NCBI GenBank assembly: GCA_043228905.1
Contig: JBHGNT010000945.1
Location: 1-13,514 of the forward strand
DNA: 13,514 nucleotides
Source: Azolla caroliniana
Taxonomy: Eukaryota; Plantae; Polypodiophyta
Direction: 5' to 3'
Part shown: positions 1 to 9,580 of the stretch, one piece after another
How the letters are laid out: each line of letters starts with the position of its first letter
Numbering within the stretch: position 1 is the stretch's first letter
Notes under the pieces: generated by a model
What the model saw: only the letters and a program-made list of their open reading frames with translations
Told to the model about the DNA's origin: nothing
The model's database searches: none
Position numbers and translations under genes: made by a program

Positions 1-1609
1 AGCAGTTTTCCTTAACTCCTCTTCTGTCGCTTTCTTTAAATCTCGTTCGCAACTCCGTAGTGCTTCTTGTGCGGCAAGTTCGTCCCTTAATTTGGCAAGC
101 TCTTGGGCTTGCGCCACATCTTTCTTCGGTACAGTTTCTGTCTCCGGGGTCTTATTCATATGTACATCCACCGGAGTCACCGGTGCTTGGATCTGTGTTG
201 CGGTTAAGGCCATTTTGGCCATGTCTTCTGTGACCCGATCCAAGTCTTGTTCGAGGCTACGGATCCTTGACCGGGCCGTCTCTAGTTCATCGGTTGTGAC
301 TAGCAACCATTCCATCTGCGCTCGTTCTTCTGCCTCTACATACAATAACACTCTGGCAACCTGCTCTCATATCCACCGGAGTCATTGGCTGCCGGTGCCC
401 TGTTGTTGCGTCTGTACGGAGGGTTGGCTGGTGGGTTCACTTGCCGGTGGCTGGTCCCGCCTTACTGCGTCGAGCTGCAATTCCGGCTCTGCTTGTTCAG
501 GTTCCGGTTGTGTTTCAGTTGGTCGCACTTGTTCTGCTTATTCTTGGCCGACTGAGGAAGGTGGCACCTGCATTACCGACGCTTGCATTTCGGGGCTTGC
601 CATTCCCTGACCCACCGGTATTGCTTGATGTGCAGGGGCTTCTGAGACCGGTTCCATCCGAACCGGTTCTGGTTCCTTCCTTGGTGTGGGCTTCTCAGTG
701 TGGGGTAAAGCTGTTCCATCCTTCTGTGGGTCTGAACGCTTCCCGGCTAATTCTGCGGTGCTCTTCATCGGCCGCCACTGGAGGTGCTCCGTAGGTTCTT
801 CCTCTGTTTCCTCCTCCTGAGTCCCGATATTCATTCTTGCCGCCAAGGTGTCCGTGTCTTGCTGCACCGGTCGGTGGAGTGTGCTCTTCACGGGCCGTGC
901 CGGTGTCTCCTCGTGCATCTCCATCGGCTGCTTCCGGATGGCGCGCTCCTTCGCCGCCTGCTCCGTGTCGGCTGTCTTCCCCTTAGTGGTCTTGGTGGCC
1001 AACAACTGCTGTCGTTTTGAAGCAGCTTTCGGGGTGCCGTCCGATATTCTTCCCCGCTTCTTGGTCTGGACGGGCTCGATCAGTGGCGCCAGTAGGGTGA
1101 GCCATTGTGCCACCGCATGCCATATTTTCTGGCCTTCTTTGGCTTCCTTACCTCTTACGGTGTCAATAGCCGCACATAATCCGTCGGCGATCAACACCGG
1201 CCAATCCACCTTGACCCCTTCATATGTTGCAATGATCAAGCCTGCTCGGTTTTGAGGCATGACAGGGGGGTCGAGGGTATACGTGGCTGAACTCATGGAG
1301 TACACGGACAATTTCTCGGAATAACATATCTTCTCTGCCTTGTGTCCTGTAGCCCTTGCTGGCCAGAGAATACTCGCCGAAGTATTTGATGAGCCGTTCA
1401 GAAGTAGGGTTGTCAATGGTATAGATGCCCCCCTTCGGAAGGCCTGTTAGTGCCCGGATCGCTTCCTCCGTGATCAGCTCGGTGTCAATGTCTTTGATGA
1501 TCTTGTCGGCTTCTCTGTGTGGTGGTGCGTCCATGATTGTGAGGAACCCCTCCAATCCGTGTTGTCGTAGCCATTTCTTGGCGGCCTCAGAGAGAGTCTG
1601 GCAGTCCAT
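1..1609 (-). pseudogene. Extra sense ORF downstream of integrase (plant-transposon-protein-like N-terminus, Pro/Glu/Gln linker, coiled coil); disrupted and truncated by the window edge
   Basis: ORFs 1220-1630 and 538-1416 join if one base is removed from the G6 run at 1265-1270 (YPRPP/VMPQNRAGL). The frame continues past TAA 538-540 and two TGAs to position 1 with heptad-like segments (ELETARSRIRSLEQDLDRV; ELAKLRDELAAQEAL). Motifs ITEEAIRALTGLP and VKVDWPVLIADGL. Confidence 0.7.
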
Positions 1610-1981
1610 GTCTGCGTCGAGGTCGGACAACGTTGGTGAGGGCTGTGTATGAGGAAGCTCTGTGTGAGGAAGCTTTGTGTGTGTGCGTCTGTCCTCCTTG
1701 GTTTGCGAAAGAAGAAGGTCTCGATGTGGGGGGCGTTTTCTCTCTACATCTTGGCGCCTTTTTCGAGCCTACGCATGTGCAAGTCGTGTACTATAATAGC
1801 ATTACGTGCCATGTGGCGGTGGTTTAATGCCCTTTTCATAGCCTCCTCGTACCTTTTCGAAGTGCCTCTTTACTCCTCATTTGCATGGCCGTTCCCACCA
1901 CTCCTTTGCATGATTTCTTTGATTCGTTTCGATTTTTTTTTAAATTTAATTTAATTTAATTTTTAATATTTGATTATTAGG

Positions 1982-3499
1982 TTAATTCGCCTCCGGTCCT
2001 ACCGGACCCTTACCCGAATGAGGAATCTTGCCGGCCTCGTGACGGTTTGCCGTCCTCTTATCCAACCCGTGTGCCGACTCTTTGTCCCCCTTACCTGCTT
2101 CGTTGTTGCCGATTGCTAATCGAGTTGCCGTTGTTTCCGGTATTTCGGTATCTGGTTCGGCATCAACCTTTCCTTGTTCAAATGGGTTCCTCGGCATGGG
2201 TCCCTTGTATGGCTTTAGTCGAAATTCGTTGACCCACTTACCCAAGACTTCGCCGGCAAGTGTCCCTAACTGGTAGGATCCATTGAACTCGCGTGTGATC
2301 CAGTACGGTCCGGTCCACCGAAACCATAGTTTCCCCGGCATCTTTCCCATCCGGGTCTGGAACACTAGTACCGGCTTGCCGATTCCAAACATCTTTTCAT
2401 TTCCTTTCCGGTGGCGATCCACAAACGCCTTTCTTCGCCGCTGCTCCAATTCTAGGTGCATGATACTTGCTAATCGGTGTTCTTCTAGTTCACACAGAGC
2501 CGCTAACCGAATTGCCTCCGATTCCTTTTCGTTTAACCGTTCCCTAATCTGAATCCGTAAGCTCGGGACCTAGAACTCTACCGGCATCACGGCCTCCAAC
2601 CCGAATGCTAGCCGGAAAGGTGTGGTTTGGATGCTTGTTTTGTAGGCTGTCCGGTAAGCTCAGAGTGCGCTATGCAACTTTGTATCCCAGTTTGTCTGGT
2701 TTTCATTGACGATTTTCCAAAGGATATTCTGGAGCGTTTTGTTTGTCGACTTGGCTAACCCGTTTGCTTGCGGATAGTATGGCGTGCTCCGTTTATGCAC
2801 CACGGCATAGAACGACGTCAAGCTTTCCACCACTTGGCCGAGGAAGTGCCCTCCTTGGTCACTTATTAGCTCGATCGGGCATCCATACCCGCACCAGATG
2901 TATTCATACAAGAATTTCGCCGTCGACGCCGCGGTGTTGTCATGCAAGGGTTTGGCTTCTACCCATTTCGTGCAGTAATCCGTTGCGACAATTACATAAC
3001 GGTTTCCAGTTCTCATCGACGGTGGTTTGAATGGACCCACAAAATCCAGCCCCCATTTCTAAAATGGTTCTAGCGGCAGTACTGTCTGGTGCAACATCCT
3101 AGCTTGTTCGGTTGGCTGGCCCATTCGCTAACATAGATCGCATTCTTTAGCATACCGGACGACGTCTTTCAATGTTGTCGGCCACCATAGGCCACTCTGC
3201 CATATCTTCCTTGCCATAGCATCTCCGACGTAATGGCCTCCGACGACTCCGCAGTGTGCTTCTCGTAGTATTATATCCTTCTCGTAGCTGTGCACCGCCC
3301 GTCGCCATATACCGTCTGCGCCTTTGTGGTATAGCATGTCCCGTAATAAACAGAAGTGCCGGCTTTGTACCGCCAGGCGTTTCCTCTCGTCCCGGTTCAT
3401 CTCATCCAGAGGCAATCCGGTGCTCAGAAATTGTTGCATATTCGTTAGCCATTTATCTTCTTGTGCCACTGTTTCATTTGTTGTCGTTTCCGTGGTGAC
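1982..3499 (-). pseudogene. pol: Integrase region of pol (HHCC zinc-binding, rve core, GPY/F C-terminus), inactivated
   Basis: HCGVVGGH...CDLC, WGLDFVGP, ISDQGGHF, YYPQANGLAKSTN (catalytic E position reads K) and FRWTGPYWI. ORF fragments 3128-3469, 2660-3040 and 1982-2461 share one frame and are separated by point stops. Confidence 0.93.
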
Positions 3500-5191
3500 T
3501 CAAAATAGCTCAGCATCCGGAAACTTGTCCGGGACTCCGTCACCAGTCTCGCCGGAATCCAACCGGCTCAAATAGTCTACTACTGCGTGTTGTATGCCGG
3601 GTCGGTGGAATATTTCGAACTCAAATTCCTGCAACAATAACGTCCACCGTGCCAACTTCCTGGTTAGTGACGCTTTGGAAACTAAATAGAGGAGTGCCGA
3701 ATGATCTACGTGGAAGGAAAATTTCCTTCCCAGCAAATAATGTCTGAATTTCATCACGCTGTATATCATGCCCAAAGCTTCCCTTTCCGTGGTGGAATAA
3801 TTTCGTTCGGCTTGGGATAACTTTTGGCTTGCGTAATACACGGGCTGGTACCACCTTGGTTCCGTAAGTTGCATCAGCGCACTTCCGATTGCAATGTCGG
3901 ACGCATCCACAAACACATGAAACTCCTTAGCCCAATCCGGGGGTTGCACTACCGGCGCTTGCGACAATAGTACTTTGAGTGCCCAGTACGCCTTGTCTTC
4001 GGTGTCTGTCCACTGGAACGGTGTTTTGTGTACCGCAATATGCAGTGGTGTAGCTAGGTCCGCCCGATACCGGAGCATTCGACTATGCCACCGGATTTGG
4101 CCTAAGAAACGGCTTAATGCTTTGGTCGTTGTTGGTGCCGGTGCCTCCAAGATTGCTTTTACTTTGTCTGGGTCTACGAAAATTCCTTCCTTGCTCACAA
4201 TGTGTCCTAATAGCACCCCGCTTGACACTCTGAATACACACTTTGCCGGATTCAATCTTAGCCGGTAAGCCCGACATTTCTCTAGACACAGTCGGAGGTG
4301 CTGAAAGTGATCTCCGTCCCAGCTATAGACGGCGAAGTCATCCAGAAACACCTGCATAAATGCCAGTATAAATTCTCTGAATATTTCCATGATGATCCTC
4401 TGGAACGTTGCCGGCGCCGTTTTTAGTCCGAACATCATTACTACGGCCAGAAACACTCCCCATTCGGTGACGAAAGCCGTTTTCTCCTGGTCATCGGGGT
4501 GCATCCGTATCTGGTTGTATCCGCTGAATCCGTCTAAGAAACTGTATACCTCATGGCCGGTGACTGCATCCAAAACTCCATCCGTAAATGGGAGTGGGAA
4601 TGCATCTGTTACCGTCGCCGCATTAAGCTTACGGTAGTCGACACAAACTCTAATTTTGCCGTTTTTCTTTGGTACGACTACTATCGGGCTCAGCCATGTA
4701 GATTTCGTTACTAGGCGGATAAAGCCAACCCTCAGCAACTTGTCGATTTCCTCCTTGACTTTGGCGGTGTAATTTGGATTCATCCGGTACCGCCGTTGTG
4801 CTACCGGTTTGGCGTCTTTGCTCAAATGTATCTGATGCTGATATAGCTGAGGATCGAGCCCTTGCATATCCTCGTAAGATTAGGCAAACACGTCCCGAAA
4901 TTCCTTGAGAAGTGTAATCATCGCCGTTTTGTTCTCCGGAGTCATTTCCTTGGCGATGTGCACCGGTCTCGCGTCTTCCGTAGTTCCTAAATTTACCTCC
5001 TCTAGTTGGGATGCTTTAACCTGTTGCGATACGGTCATTTCTCTTTCCAGCGCCTCTTGTGCTTGCCGTAGCTCCCGGATCACTTCTTTATTTGGTTCCT
5101 CGTCAGCTCCGTCCGGTGGCAGTATGTATGGTGATACGGCTTCGGCTACGTCGATTTCGAACAGAGGTACGATCTTCAGATTATCCTGCAA
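3500..5191 (-). pseudogene. pol: Reverse transcriptase and RNase H region of pol
   Basis: RVCVDYRKLN, FLDGFSGYNQI, MFGLKTAPATFQR and VFLDD (RT). VDASDIAIG, NYSTTEREAL, VDHSAL and DYLSR (RNase H). In-frame stop at 4880 in DVFA*SYEDM, where W is expected. Confidence 0.96.
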
Positions 5192-5899
5192 TTATTGATC
5201 TACCTCTTCGTCTGCTAATCCGTCCAACATATTGACGCATTCAGCATATAGGGGTGTCAATTCCTTACCGGTACCCATCCGTGCTTGTGTCAATACCCGT
5301 ACTTTTGCTTTTCCCCGCCGGAAGGTGATTATATTCTTCCTCCAGTTTTGTTTAATGTGCGCCGTTTTCAACCACGGCCGCCCCAACAATAGTGGGTAAG
5401 CTCCTTGTGCCTGTAGTTGTAGCACTACTGCCGAAATGTGAAATGTGTGGCCGTCAATCATTACTTCCAAATCTCGTATCAAGCCGGTCGGTCGCGCTGA
5501 GCTTGTATCCGCCATCCACAGCCAGAATGGGCATGGTTCCCACTCTTGGATTCCCAAGGTTTTGCACGTTCGGAGGCTAATCACATTGACGCCGGATCCT
5601 CCATCTATTACTGTTCGGGGTAACTCTTTTCCCTTCACGATGGCTGTGATTGCCGGATTGTTTGTGTCTACTACCGCCGGTCCCTCCTCCGGATTGGAGA
5701 AGAATGTTGGAGCCGGTGGTGTTTCTCCTACCGTCATGCATGTCTTTAGTCCTTCTGTGAATCTAGGCACTAGTTGCAGGAGCCGTCCTAATGGCAACGT
5801 GATTTGGCATTCCTGCAATGCCTGCCATGTCGCATTTTCGGGCTGACTACCGCCGGCGAGCTCTTCAGTATTTTGCTTTTGCTGCGCAAGCTCTGCCAT
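5192..5899 (-). pseudogene. Aspartic protease region of the polyprotein
   Basis: VIDGGSGVNVIS active-site motif and YPLLLGRPWL motif, in the same frame as RT. Confidence 0.92.
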
Positions 5900-6796
5900 G
5901 TTTCGCGCATTCGCCTTTTCTATGCATTCTGTTGCCTGCTTGCGGATGGCCTCTTGCGCCTCCCATTCCGTCGCCTTACCCTTCGATCTTGTGGTTACCT
6001 ACTACAGGTCTGCGGCTTCGACGACTACCATGTTCACCGCCGGTCGTTTATCCTAGTTCATTGCCGAGCATTGATTACTATAATGTCCTTCTTGTCGGCA
6101 ATAGTAACAATATGTTTTCCGGGTAGTGCTGGATTCGGCGTTGTTTCCTGCCCCCGGTGGAGGACCTGTGGTAACGGTGGGGCTTTGATCCAGTTGGTTG
6201 CTTGAGGCGCCCTTCTCCGGTTCCCGTAGGTAACCCCTTTTCTTGAAATGGCGTTTCTTTTTGTTCCGATACTCTTGACGGGGTTGGTCATCATGTCTCC
6301 CGTAGGCTTCCCGTCGTTGGTTGTGACCGGGGGATTGGTCCTGATTGTATCTTTCATACCATCCATTATAATCCCGGTACCGATCATATCTCTCATATCG
6401 GTCATAGTTGTCCCTGTACCAGACATCCTGTGCCGGTCGGTACCGCTCTTCTCACCTCCAACGTTCTTCTTCCTCCTCCTTGGTACTCCGTGGTTCGATT
6501 TGCCGAACCGGTGGTGCTTGGCGATTCAACAAATTGTACTCGCACTGCTCCATTGTGTGGTTCCTGGAATGGCACAGTAGACATTGCGACCACATGGTAC
6601 ATTCTAGTGCTGAGTGTTCGGCATTTAGGCATGTTGTGCATTGAATGGCCTGTCAAAACCAGAGATCCTCATCGGTTGGTAACGCTCGTTGGAGTGCTCC
6701 CATTGTTAGCCAAGAGCTTGTTTTCTCCATTTCTCTAACCCGGTTGATGACCTGGTCGACGGTACTTGTGCGAAAGTCGATGACCGTGCATACCGT
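5900..6796 (-). pseudogene. gag: Host gag, 3' part, with three CCHC zinc knuckles (frame absent from the ORF track because of stops)
   Basis: Manual translation gives CTTCLNAEHSALEC (6599-6640), CLLCHSRNHTMEQC (6542-6583), CYYCRQEGHYSNQC (6068-6109), then VTTRSK. All are in frame with pol. Confidence 0.9.
6793..6796. repeat. Left target-site duplication CCGT
   Basis: CCGT immediately precedes TGTCGT at 6797 and recurs at 10310-10313. Confidence 0.9.
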
Positions 6797-7525
6797 TGTC
6801 GTGCCTTTCGGCTCCGGATCGTTTGCGTGAGTCGGGTGGGAACCACTGGGGTTTTGGACTAGGAAGAGGAGAGTTTTAAGGCTAATAAGAATATAAATAT
6901 GTTGTAAGAAAGAGTTATAGCAAACTCGTGAATCCCACGAGTGTATTGTATTAGATTAATCAATATGAATATAAGAATATAAACTTCGGTTGAAAGAGAA
7001 TGATATAGAATTCTCGTGAATCCCACGAGTATAGTTTATTAATTGGTGTTTTTTAGAAACATATCTAGTTTCCAAATATTTTTCACACACAATTACATTG
7101 TGCTCCCCATCCTTATGTAGTGATGAGGAAGTCTTAGTAATCCATGCTTTTTCTCTAACTATAGACCCCATGCTTTTCCTATAGATAGACTATATGCTTT
7201 ATCTAAAGTGATCATGCTTTTTTCTAACTTGTGCATTTTTTATCATGCACGCTAGATGTGTATGTGTAGCTTTTTCTTTTGTTATGCGTTTTTCTAATGT
7301 TTATCCTAGCGTGAATTTACCTTTCTATGTGGGACATCTATGCTTTAACACTAATGAAATGCTAGTGTAATGGTAAGACATTACATTATTAACATGGAGG
7401 TGCAAGGTTCGAATCTTGCCCTATGCATGTTCCATTTATTTTGCTATATTCTTCTATTTCTTCATTTTTTATTGAATCTAATACTATATACGTTTTTCAC
7501 GTAGTGTACAAAATACACTACGACA
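6797..7525 (-). repeat. 3' LTR of the nested element (729 bp)
   Basis: Direct repeat of 9581-10309 (offset 2784). Mismatches seen at 7235, 7312, 7327 and 7448. 6-bp terminal inverted repeat. Preceded by the PPT on the minus strand. Confidence 0.96.
7356..7428 (+). other. tRNA-derived sequence with Pol III A-box/B-box inside the 3' LTR (antisense to the element)
   Basis: A-box TAGTGTAATGG (7363-7373) and B-box GGTTCGAATC (7406-7415) at tRNA spacing. Partial D, anticodon and T arms, but no acceptor stem. Confidence 0.72.
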
Positions 7526-7537
7526 CTCACCCCCTCC
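7526..7537 (-). promoter_or_regulatory. Polypurine tract of the nested element
   Basis: Minus strand GGAGGGGGTGAG directly abuts the TG start of the 3' LTR. Confidence 0.9.
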
Positions 7538-9542
7538 AAACCCGCACATCCTCCGGTATGTGCCGAAGTTGTTGGTGTTTGTTAGTCTCCTCCGTCCGGT
7601 CTCTACCCGATTGGTTTCGTTGCCGGCTCGTAGTACCCTCGACTTCTCTTGTTATGTTGACTTTGTCTCTCCATTTGGAGCACATCCATTCTTTCCACCC
7701 GAACCATTGTCGACATCCGATCCACCATAGTCTTCGTTCGCTTTTTGCATGGCCCGCTTGGTCCTTGTCATCCGCGGTAGTATCTTTTCTTGCCCTCTTT
7801 CTTTTCTTCATCAATCTCGACTTCTTTTCGGATTTTCGGTTTAGTCGGATTAGCTTACTTCCGATTCGGTCTCGTCGGATCGTCTTTCGTTTAGTTCGGC
7901 TTCCTTTCCGATTTGTATTCGGTCGATCCGGACTCGGTTGATCGGTTTTTACCGATTCAGTGCTCTTTCGGGTCGGTTTCTTTTCTTTTCTTTTCGTCCG
8001 GATTTGCTTTCTTTTCTTCGTTTTCACCTGCCTTGTCCGGTTCGACTTTCGGCCCTTCTTTCCGTTGTTCGCTACGTAGGTCCTCCGATATGTGCTCGTT
8101 GTTCGGTCCTCGTGTGGTTGTAATGCATGCTTCTTTTCTCGCCGTAGCGCGTGCTTCTTTATTCGCCATAACACGCGTTTCTTTATTCGCCGTAGAGCGT
8201 GCTCTGTATTATGCGCTTCTCCCGTCGTAGACCCGACCTCCGCATTGTCGCACTTTCTTTTAGATTGGAATTTCGTCCGGATCACCTTCCATCCTAACTG
8301 GCTTCCGACTTTACCTTTCTTGCCGCCATCTCCCGACTCTCCGGTCTCAAGTTGGTTCTCGGACACAACCGCCGAAGTCTCTAGATATTGTTGGCATGAA
8401 TCCTCGGTATTACCTTCTTTCGTAGTTTCACCCTTAGCATTCTTCTCGGCTATCTCTTCATCGTATTCGTCGGCTTCGACATTCGTTTTCTCTCCGCCAC
8501 CTTCCGTCTCTTCGGTCTCACGTTGCCTTTCGATCGCAACCGCCGGAGTCTCTGGAATCAGTGGTGGGGAAGTCTCGATATGGCAATCCGCCATTGATTC
8601 GTCCATAGCCACCTCCGATTCGATTTCGTCTTTTGTGGCTACCTCCTTAATCACATCCGCTTCACACTCTTTATCTGCATCAATTATGCAAACATCTATT
8701 ATGCTTACCCCTTTTTGACCCGATGTCTCGGGCACTTGTATCCCGAAATTTCCTTCTACACTTGAATTATCGGCCTTATCCTTCGCCATCGTTCTTTCAC
8801 AAGACGAGTGGGTGTCTTGTTCCACTCTTTCTCCCGTGGTACCATCATGTTGTATTTCGGCCTTCATATTGGCTTCATCGTTTTTCCTCAATCGACCATC
8901 CTTCATGGGCCATGTCGTTGTTGACGAGATTCTCAGCTTCCTTTCATCATGTCTTCGGCATACCCTTTCGACTTTGGCCCAATCCTCGGTAAGGCCGTTC
9001 GCACCGTCATCATCTTCGAGTTCGATCCCAATGTCCATCCTTTCTTTCCGATCGATCGATCTTACGAACATTAAGACTTTATCTTCTCCCACCAATCTTC
9101 GTTCCCGCTCCGAGAGTCGAGCAAAACGATGCTCGAACTTTAGGAACGCTTGCGTTGCACTTCGGTGAGTCTTCTCCGATGCCACCCATTCGTCGAATTC
9201 TCGTCGATCTCGTCCCGTCCATCTCTCATAGTCATATGCCTCCCGTAAAGCTTCTTCAAAGGACTCCCATGTCGAGTTTTGTTGTTGTATCTTGTGGATT
9301 CTCTCTTGTAGTTCGTCCGAGGCCACCCGGTTAAAGGATGTCACTCGCAGTCCTTCCGAAGCCCGGCACCGGAGCATCTCCGCCTTGTAGTCCTGCAAAT
9401 ATCGCGACACATCCTTACCATTAAATTGCCCGTTGCGTTGCACGAGCCGCTCTACTGATGCCGAAATCTCCGACATCGTGCGTTGTTCTTGAAGCATCCG
9501 TTCGAACATCGCCATCATATTGTTAGCTTGTTGAGCCTCCAT
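7527..9542 (-). CDS. gag: Gag-like protein (~671 aa from the first ATG): capsid-like N-terminus, acidic disordered middle, Lys/Arg-rich tail
   Basis: Uninterrupted ORF (the track starts it at GTG 9563, inside the PBS; first ATG at 9542). N-terminal FNGKDVSRYL...TWESFEEALREAY...F.KFEHRF pattern resembles LTR-element Gag. It lies directly after the PBS. No CCHC knuckle seen. Confidence 0.8.
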   Translation of the reverse strand: MEAQQANNMMAMFERMLQEQRTMSEISASVERLVQRNGQFNGKDVSRYLQDYKAEMLRCRASEGLRVTSFNRVASDELQERIHKIQQQNSTWESFEEALREAYDYERWTGRDRREFDEWVASEKTHRSATQAFLKFEHRFARLSERERRLVGEDKVLMFVRSIDRKERMDIGIELEDDDGANGLTEDWAKVERVCRRHDERKLRISSTTTWPMKDGRLRKNDEANMKAEIQHDGTTGERVEQDTHSSCERTMAKDKADNSSVEGNFGIQVPETSGQKGVSIIDVCIIDADKECEADVIKEVATKDEIESEVAMDESMADCHIETSPPLIPETPAVAIERQRETEETEGGGEKTNVEADEYDEEIAEKNAKGETTKEGNTEDSCQQYLETSAVVSENQLETGESGDGGKKGKVGSQLGWKVIRTKFQSKRKCDNAEVGSTTGEAHNTEHALRRIKKRVLWRIKKHALRREKKHALQPHEDRTTSTYRRTYVANNGKKGRKSNRTRQVKTKKRKQIRTKRKEKKPTRKSTESVKTDQPSPDRPNTNRKGSRTKRKTIRRDRIGSKLIRLNRKSEKKSRLMKKRKRARKDTTADDKDQAGHAKSERRLWWIGCRQWFGWKEWMCSKWRDKVNITREVEGTTSRQRNQSGRDRTEETNKHQQLRHIPEDVRVWRG
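8125..8203. repeat. 24-bp in-frame tandem repeat (~3.3 copies) within the gag-like ORF
   Basis: Units gcatgcttcttttctcgccgtagc / gcgtgcttctttattcgccataac / acgcgtttctttattcgccgtaga encode HALRRIKK-like octapeptides. Confidence 0.85.
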
Positions 9543-9558
9543 CTCCTTGCCACCCGTC

Positions 9559-9576
9559 TTCACGTCGGGTTCACCA
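9559..9576 (-). promoter_or_regulatory. Primer-binding site complementary to the tRNA-Trp 3' end
   Basis: The plus strand reads TTCACGTCGGGTTCACCA, matching the 3' 18 nt of plant cytosolic tRNA-Trp(CCA) as I recall it. It lies 4 nt from the 5' LTR. Confidence 0.88.
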
Positions 9577-9580
9577 ACGT

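Noticed and set aside
6058-6656. Minus ORFs 6058-6426 and 6402-6656
   Set aside because: Wrong frames. The real gag frame with the CCHC knuckles is the stop-interrupted one.
92-6830. Numerous plus-strand ORFs
   Set aside because: Antisense shadows of the minus-strand retroelement coding frames, with Ser/Cys/Leu-rich composition and no motifs.
6956-7171. 71-aa ORF duplicated at 9740-9955
   Set aside because: It is identical only because it lies in the LTRs. AT-rich with no recognisable motif.
7356-7428. Functional tRNA gene (loop centre reads TTA, suggesting a suppressor)
   Set aside because: No acceptor stem, no U33 in the loop and an irregular T-stem. Called tRNA-derived only.
7423-9168. 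Plus-strand ORFs within the nested element
   Set aside because: Antisense shadows of the purine-rich gag-like ORF.
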